In this document: in pieces, positions 27,501 through 36,500 of the stretch
Numbering within the stretch: the stretch's first letter is position 1
How the letters are laid out: each line of letters begins with the position of its first letter
Origin: an uncultured Planctomycetia bacterium
GTDB taxonomy: Bacteria; Omnitrophota; Gorgyraeia; VGKN01
Assembly (NCBI GenBank): GCA_964506845.1
Contig: CAZDNS010000006.1
Coordinates: 1 to 59,575, forward strand
Direction: 5' to 3'
Length of the DNA stretch: 59,575 nucleotides
Notes under the pieces: model-generated
What the model was told of the DNA's origin: nothing
What the model saw: only the letters and a program-made list of their open reading frames with translations
Databases searched by the model: none
Translations under genes and position numbers: made by a program

Positions 27501-30500
27501 CCGGCTGACCAATCCTTTAAGTAACGGCTGTTTTGATAAAATGTTTAAAATATCCTCTGGGTTCTTTCTAGAAAGCTCAGCCAATCTGGTAATAAACACC
27601 TGCACAGCTGTGGCATTTAGCAGAATTTCTGTCAACTGGGAAGAGGGGAGCCCTGTTGTTTGCACAATTCTTGCAAACTCTTCGCTTACGGTTTGCAGTA
27701 AGGATTCAGAAGGCTTTGATACCGGAGCAGGATGGCCACTCCCAGAAGAAGTGCGGCTTGCAGCCATATCATTCAGTGTGCTAACATAATGTAAACTATG
27801 AAAGGCTTCGCTTACTCGTGGCTCGGCATTCTCTATCAATCTGGATAGCCGAGCGGAAATATCCTTAAACCTATCTTCTTTGTTTAAGGCACTTTCATCG
27901 GTGCTCAGACGGCCTAAAATGCGCACCTGCCCTTTTTCCATCTGATATGCTAAATCACCTGCCTCGACTAAAGATATAGCCTCTCCTGAAGCGGCAGGCC
28001 AATTGAGGAAAAAGTTAATGCCATCAATACTTCCTAAAGAGATATAGAAGCGCCTGTTGCGATAATCCTTATCTACAGCATAATATATCTTGCCTATGGA
28101 AACTTGGGTTTTAATCTCGTGTCTATCAATATTCTCTCTCTCATAGTGACGGAGATTATATAAAGGTAGCAGTATCTCATCCAGCGCCTCCTTATGCCTT
28201 AATAATATCTCTGCCATCTTTCGCTTTCCTTCAGCACTTAAGTCCCATACATTAGATATACTCCCCCTAAAATCATCTTGCAAAATCAAACCTTTAAGTC
28301 TTCTTAAAAGCTCCTCAGGGTTTGGTGGTTCTTTACTCTTTAAAAGATATACAAGCGGCGCCATTGCATCAGGGACAAGGTAAAAATCCTCGCCTGCCTT
28401 TCCCTGGTCAAAGCATAATGCCACAAAAATATCTCTTAACTTATCCAAAATCTGAGCTGCAATTTCAAAGTTACCTTTTTCTATTAAGCCCGTTTCTACA
28501 GCGCGCCCTGCCTGACGCAGCTCTTCCTGCATCATAAATCTGATAATTGCCTTCTTTTTATCCTCCGCATATTTATTCCAGTTCTTTTCCAAAAATGCAA
28601 AATAGGGCTGTCTTGCTAATTCTGGATGAGCCTTAAGCGCCGCTTCTAATTCTTCGCTGCGATTTTTCTTTAGCCAGGCGTAGAAGAGAAGGTCTTCATC
28701 CAAAGCAACCGATTCGGTGAGGTTAGCCTCGTGGTTTAAAAGCAATGTCTGCAGTATTGCGGGCAACATCGTCCATTCATCGTCTATCTCTAAGAACCCA
28801 TCCCCGGGATTTGAGATATAAAATTCATTGTCAGGGTCAACGAAAAATCTTGTTTTAAAAGAATATGAGCTACCAGGAAATCTACGAGCTGCATAAGAAG
28901 AATTTACCCCATGGGAGTTTAAGTAAGCCTGCCAGGTAGCAAGGGCTCCAGAAAGATTAGCATTTATTCGCCTGAGTTCTTCAGCGGTATACAAAGGCCG
29001 TGGTTCTTTGGCAAATTTATGACTAACCTTAACCAAACCTTCAACTACTAATTCTAACTGACCCTCGGCCTTATAGCTCTTATATACACCCTTTTCTTTA
29101 ACAACTGTTTTTCTTAAAGGCGCTCTATGAGCAACTGTAAGAGGGATAGTAGACGCATACACATATGCCTCGCGGGCTAAGCTCGGAGGTATGACTATTA
29201 AACAATTTTTATAACTACCTTCTTCTACAACCTCTTTAAGTAAGTCTCTTAAATAAACTAAATCTGATATCAAGACAATATTTTTTTCTCTTAGCCCAAC
29301 TACTTTCAATCCCGCCTCTTCTGCCCTTATAACCCTTGGGTCATCCTCAGTAACTTCGTCCGCAACTATTACATGCTTTACACCTGCCAACCTTAGAGCC
29401 TCTGCGGTAATATCAGAGGTATGGGCACCTGGTTTAAATGGAGAAAGCCATTTTATATCCACGGCCAATTCCATTCCATTAGGCAGTGTGGCTTGGTTTA
29501 AATCAAACAGGTCTGCTGGGCTTTCACCCCTTAGGGCGCGGTCAAAAAGCGATATATCTGTATCCGATACAGCAAAAAAGATACGGATATCATTTTCAAG
29601 GTCAATATCAGAAAGGTTTGCTTCAATAAATTTAAAAATATCCATTAGCTCTCTTAAATATGCGGCTTCCATTTTAGCGCCGCCAACCTCAGCCTTGAGA
29701 TTAAAACCCAAAGTCGGAATGCGGCCTGAAAAGGTTCCTGATTTTTTCTGCGCTCGCACTGTCTCAACTATAGCCCTTATCAGGCTAAGAGCGGCCTCTT
29801 TTGTAAGGGATGCTCCGCCAATAAGGCCGCCGTCAATATCAACCTCAACCATAAGGCCAGCGGCATTCTTTGCATTCATACTGCCGCCATACTGAATGAC
29901 CACTTTATCTGCATCGCCACCAACTAACTCCCTAAGTATTCCCTTGATAAACCCTTGCACCTCTTCTGCTTCTTGTGGCGTAGCGGGCCGTATGGCTTTT
30001 TCGCCAATAGCCCAAATCGGCTCATAGGCTATAATAGTGTTAAGAATCTGCTCTCTTGTACGACCGGCTAAACCATTAACTACCTGACTACGAATAAAGT
30101 TCCATCCTTCCTCTTTAAGTTTCCCTTCATTTGCATCGTCCTTTGGATAGCGCATCTCTGCTGGTTCGCCTACTGCCAACACATTAATACCACCCATTAT
30201 CCCATCAGCTTGCTTTAAAAGCGCATTGACATCTTCATCAGTCAATTCATGAGCAACTCTTGATTCAGAGTGGCCGCTTAGGATACCATCCGCGCCTAAG
30301 GATTTAAGAAGTTTTATGTTCGTTTTTTCGTTTGCCTGAGCCATAAGCCGCATAGGTCGGTAAAAATAACGAACTTCGCCATCCACGATTTCCTTTTTGA
30401 CTATCCATTTAGAGCGTGCCAATGCCTCCAATACCTCTTCTGCAGAATAACTCCCTGCTACTCCACTCTCCTCTAACTCTTTTACACTTAAAGACTTTCT

Positions 30501-33500
30501 TTGCTTTAAAATCTCAAAGACTCTATCTTCTGCAATTTTTAACAAAATATTGTTAATCCCTAAAATTAATTCAGTTAAATTTTTTGTTGAAAATGCTTCA
30601 AAAACTGAGGGGTGTTGGAAGGCGGGTAGATTTGCAATCTCATTAAGTTGTGCTTGTCGAGCCTCGAGTAAAATAAAGAATTTCTCGGTGGGGCGGTATT
30701 CTAAGCGTTGGCCTTTGTCTGTTTTGACCTTTTCTTTGGTGAAGAATCCTAAACTTGCAAGACCATCTAATTCCCATGTGAGGGTGGTGCGGGAGAAGGG
30801 CTTAGCTTCTCTTCTTGGCGCGCCGCGAGTCCTATGCAACTTTCTCCACCTCTTCTTTTTCCCATCCGTTTCAACATAACCATCAGTAGTAATAATAGAG
30901 TTCGCGTTAATAAGCCCCTTTCTCCCAGCCGAATACAAATCCAAAATTGCCTCTGCCAAAGAACCTTGAGTAGGTGTAGTCGGCACTGTCATTGCGTAGG
31001 ATTCTGTGGTTGTGTTTTGTGAGGTAATCTTAACATACTGCGCTGCCTCGCCATTTATAAGCGCCCTTGCAGCAAGTCCTGTCCTATCCCATTTATTCTC
31101 TCTATCCATACCCCAATAGCGGCCCATAGCATCAACTATTCTTCCAACGCCTAACTCATCGCACTTAGTTTGCAGTTCATCAAGATATTTCTTAGCGCTA
31201 TCAGGCGAAGTATCTCTGCCGTCTAAGAAGGCGTGTATAACAACCTGTTCACTCTTAAGACCTAAGCGTTTTGCCAATTCAAGAGTAGCAAACCAATGCT
31301 CCATTGAGGAATGAACATTTCCGTCGGACAAAAGCCCTAAAAGATGAAGGGTTGTACCTTTTTGTTTAACTTGTTGCATGGCCTGTACAAGAGTTTCATT
31401 TTGAAAAAACGAGCTATCTTGAATACTTTCATTAATTAGTTCACGGGCTGTCATTAACCTCCTGCCAGCACCTATTTCTCTATGACCATTTTCTGAACTT
31501 GGAATCTCTGAAGCCTTAAGCGAGGTATGCGGATATTGCTTCCAAAAAGTATCCATATTTGGTGTATTTGCCTGCGCAATGGCATTTCCCTCTGTCTCTT
31601 TCCTTATACCCCATCCATCAAGAACAATGGTTAATATCTTATTATGGGTCGTGTTAAGTGGGCTGGTAATTAGACTCTCTTGATCCATTTCCTGCGGCTT
31701 TTCAATTCTGCGCAGATGTAACAATGTAGGTGCAACATTTGTTAAGTTACCGCCTTCTCTAAGACTAACCTGTCCATCTAAACCAATAATGATAAAGGGA
31801 ACCGGATTTGAGGTATGAGAAGTAAGCAGTTTACCTGATTTATCAACCATCTGCTCTGCGTTACCGTGGTCGGCAGTAATAACAACAATATAACCTTGCC
31901 TCTTTGCCTCTTCTATAAGCCTTCCGAGTTGTTCATCAACTACCTCTATTCCTTTTTTGGCTGCCTCAAAATCACCCGTATGACCAAGCATATCCGCATT
32001 TGCAAAATTAAGAACAATGTCTTCAATGCCTGATCTCATATCGCTAATTACTGCATTCGCTAATTCGACTGCTTTCATCTCAGGCGCTGAATTATAAGTT
32101 GCCACTTGTTGGGAAGGAATAAGCCCCCATTCTTCTCCTTCTGATTTCTCCTGTTTTTCTCCATCTAAGAAATAGGTTACATGCTTAATCTTTGCATCCT
32201 CAGCCCTTCTCATCTGGCGGATACCATGCGCAGCAAGCACCTCGCCATAGGTATTTGTTAACGGTGGTGTCTTTAAAACTACTGGAACTGTAAAAGCACC
32301 GTCATATTGAGTCATTGTTACAAATTCTACTTGAGGTACTTTGCCACGCTCAACATCTCCAGCGCGGTCTTCATAATTCTGCCCTGTAAACCACCATATT
32401 AACTGACGTGGCCTATCTGTGCGGAAGTTTACGAAAAATAGAGTATCTCCATCTTTGACTCTACCTATCGGATTCCCGTCTTCGTCAACTACTACAATAG
32501 GCAGAACAAATTCATCTCCTTTAGCCTTTCCTTTAAAATGGTCTTCTACAAGTTTATATGCACTGGCCAAAACATCACTGATTCTCTTAACTAACTTAAC
32601 CTTCTTAGTCTGTTCTTCAATCTCTATCATTCTCAGATACTTAACCCTGCGGACTAATGGCTGTCCTTGGTACTGTCCACCTTCAGCAAAATCATATGGT
32701 GGCTGCGGGTCGCCTGTCTTCAATCCAAAGGCATTTGTGGCATACGCCAAGTCTGCAATACCATTATCCATGGTTTCGCCAGAGCGATGCGATATTATCC
32801 ATCCCATACCTGCACGTTTTGCAGCCTTTATAGCCTCTAATGTTCCATACATTGTTCCATTCTGATTTACCTTTATTAAAATATCCGTGGCTGCCTCCAT
32901 CTCTATCCCTTTATTTAAGCGTTGTAGCTGTGTCACAAATAAATCATCCCCGACTGTTCTAATGCCACGTTTTGTTCTAACGCCACGTCTCATCATTTCC
33001 TTTGTCAATTTCTGCCAGCCTTCCCAGTCATTCTCTGCTAAACCGTCTTCAATGGATATAATTTTTCCAGCATATTGCTCAGCCAATTGAACATAGTAAT
33101 CTATCATCTTGTCTGAAGTCCAAGCTTTGCCTTGAAAATTATATACTCCTCTGTCTTTATCATAGAAGGAGCTTGCTGCTACATCCAAAGCCAATTTCAC
33201 ATCCTCGCCAACTCTATAACCTGCTTTTTCTATGGCTTCAAATACATATCCGATTGCTTCTGTACTATTGCCTAATCCTTTAACTGAGAATCCTGCCTCA
33301 TCTGCACGCTTTATTGTTTTTGCATCAAATCTTCCCAATAATATCTCCTTTAAGGCACTGTCTATCATGTCGCCCATTTCTAATTGTTCACGATAACTCT
33401 TAGCGCCAACTGGAACTATCATTATCTCCTGAATATCTATGCGGTCTTTGCCTAATACTTCGCCTTCTGCTTTCTTTAAGGCGTGAAGGCCCCCATTATA

Positions 33501-36500
33501 GATATTCATATAGAAATACACTGGTTCTGTTTTATCGCTAACTGCATCGGGCTCGTATTTACGAATATATTCCCATAACTCCATTCCTTGTAACTTTGCT
33601 GCCATTTTCCACAATGCCCAAGAGACAGGAACAACAGCATTAGCGCCCAAAACTGCAAAATTCTCTCCTGCTTTCTCTATTATCAATTGTTCCATTTTTA
33701 TTAAGTCTTCATACTTTCTTAAATCTAACCCGCTTTGCATTAGCAATTGAGTAATTATCTCATTAACATTCCTGATAGCCTGTTCTGTGGTTACAGTCTT
33801 TGCCTCATCTTCACCTTTAGATGCACCTGCAGGCACAGTGCCAGTCACTTCAATATCGCCTAATCTCAGCACCGCTTCTACTGTTGATTTACCGCGAGAA
33901 TCAAAAGCCTCTCTTGCCACTAAGTTAAGTTGAATTGGCGCATTACGATTGATTAAGAACTGTATTTCTGGATACTCACCGGCTATTCCTTTAGCAGAAT
34001 CAACTTGTAATGTTCTCCAATTCAGTTGGCGAGGATGTTCAAAATTTTTGGGCTCATCATCTATTAATATTAATTCTTCGGCTGAGGTTATTCCAAATTC
34101 TCTTTTAAGTATTTTAAATGCTTCGTCAAATGCCTTTGACTCCGGTTTTAGTTCACCCAATTCTGCTGAGGTGATAATACGAACATTTTGTAAAAATGGA
34201 AATTTTTTCTTTAGATATTCCGCTCTCTCTTTTTCCATATTAGTAAGGATTGCTAAATTATAACCGCGCTCTGAAATGGCTTTAACTAACTCGGCAACTC
34301 CCGGGATTTCCTTGTATGCGTCATATAAATATAACTTAAGTGTTTCTTTACGCTTATCTTTGCCTAATTCAAAAAACTCTATTGCCTTCTTAGTTTTAGG
34401 TTTTCCTATGGTTTCTCTTAAAAGCTTATTTAACACATAAGACCAGTATTCATCTGCGGAAATCTTACCCAGCCTGAAGTCTTTTGCCTCATTGCTTGTT
34501 TGAAGCCACACGCGCAATGTATCTTCATCAACGCCAAATATCTTATTCATCTTATCTATACAATCATTAAGCCCGTCTGTCAGCAACGTCCCGGTTAAAT
34601 CAAAAAGGACGGTATTGACTTTGGATAACTCAGTTGTCAGCTCTTCTGTTGCCTCCCTTATAAGCTCTTGATAGAGCGGCTGTAACTCATCAGGAAGTTG
34701 GAAGCCTTTTGCTTCTATCTCTTTCAGGAATAAAACCCACCGAAGCGCCTCGCTTGCCCCATATCTATGGTGATAACTAAACATATCAACGATGACTTCT
34801 GGAGCAATGTTTAACCCTTTAAGAAATAGCTTCACCGCTTCAGGATTTGGAATCCGACCGATTGGAGTATCAATTGCTTCTACTTTCATACCTTCAAACT
34901 TACCCGCCATTGCTAGTGCAAGCATAATGAGCCGCACATCCTGACGAAAACCTGGCCAACCTTTTCGGAATTGGTCAAAATGGAAAAAGGCAGGAGCTTT
35001 GCCATTTTGTTTGGCTTGTTTCATAACATAAAGCCAAGTATCAAGATGCTGCCGTTCAGTAGTGGCATAGAATGGCCTTAATGCAAATGGATCTGGCCTT
35101 CGTCTTCCGACTACAGCGCCTTCAACGGCAAATGTTTCCTCTGGAGCCATAAAGAATGCATCTAATATTGCTCTCTCAGGAGTATTCAGTTGGACAAGCG
35201 GAGGTTGCCCGTCTGGAATTTTGCCGCCAAAGAAAATCGCATCAATCCGTCCGCCTTTATGCCAATTGGGTGAGCGGGTTTCAAGATTTACCTTGTTCAA
35301 TGTGAAACGGGCATTTGGATGAGCCCATTTTTCACCCCGTTTGCCTTGTGGGCGTTCTGCAATAGGTTGACCTGTCCAATCCTGCCATCCCTCCAGGCTC
35401 TTTGGAGGAGTGTCTGTTTCACCTTTTACCCAGCGCTCATATTGCTCTAACTCACTCACGTCAATTGGCACAGTATCAGTTAATTCCTCCCACCATACTT
35501 TACCTGTCTTTCGGTTAATGGCAGTGTTAGTAAAGATTACGGGTTTATTTCCAGGTTTAACTTTTGGGCTGAGTGTAGCCTCAACAAGCCTTGCGTTCGT
35601 TCTGGGGCTTGTTTTTGGTGCCACAGCAAAAAGCCCGTCCTCGGGATTTGCACCCACAAGATAACCCTCCTCATCAAACCACATACCTACTAGGTCATCG
35701 CTGATTGTAAGAACCTCCCAATCATCCGCTAATTCATCAGGAGGAAGATAGGTTGCAAACGTGCTTTTACCTGAGGCGCTTGGACCGAATAACATAATAC
35801 GGTATGTTTTGCTGGTTTTCTTATTTATTAATTCAATTAAAGCCGCATGCTCTGCCAGCACAAGCGTATTCGGAGGTATTGACTCTCCTTTATCGCGAGC
35901 TCGTTTTACATTTTGATACGCTATATACTGGGCTAAACGAAGCCCAAATTTCTTTGGACCTAAGAGATTGCCGCCATAGGCTGACCCAAAAAGGCCAACC
36001 TCTCTCTCTTTTGGAAATTCAACAAACAATCTGTCCTCTGGTTCATCAGGCTTAGTGGCTCGTCTAATTTTATCCAAATCTCCTGTGGAGTGCCAAATTT
36101 TTAAAACCTCATCCGGATTAGCCGAATTAAGCTTCTGTAATGCACTATCGCCAATAACCGCCTGTCCGACTTTAACCAGTTCCAATAAACTTATCGCCCC
36201 ATAGATACTGTCTGTAACCTGCACACCCACCATCTCAATCGGAGAACCTGGGAACATAATAAATGGTATTACATACATCTTCTTTCCTTTATAGCTTCCA
36301 TACGCCCTATCTTTAAGCTGTTTTTTTGCTTCATCTGCATGCATCCAGTTATTAAAAATTCCCTTATCAGCTGGGTCGTCAGTCGCAATATGGGTCGGAG
36401 CTTCGGCGCGGGCAGTATCCTTTGGATGAGACCTATGATGGTAATTACCATCGGGAAGCGCGGTTAAAACTCCTTCCTTAACAGCAAGGTCAAAAAGACG

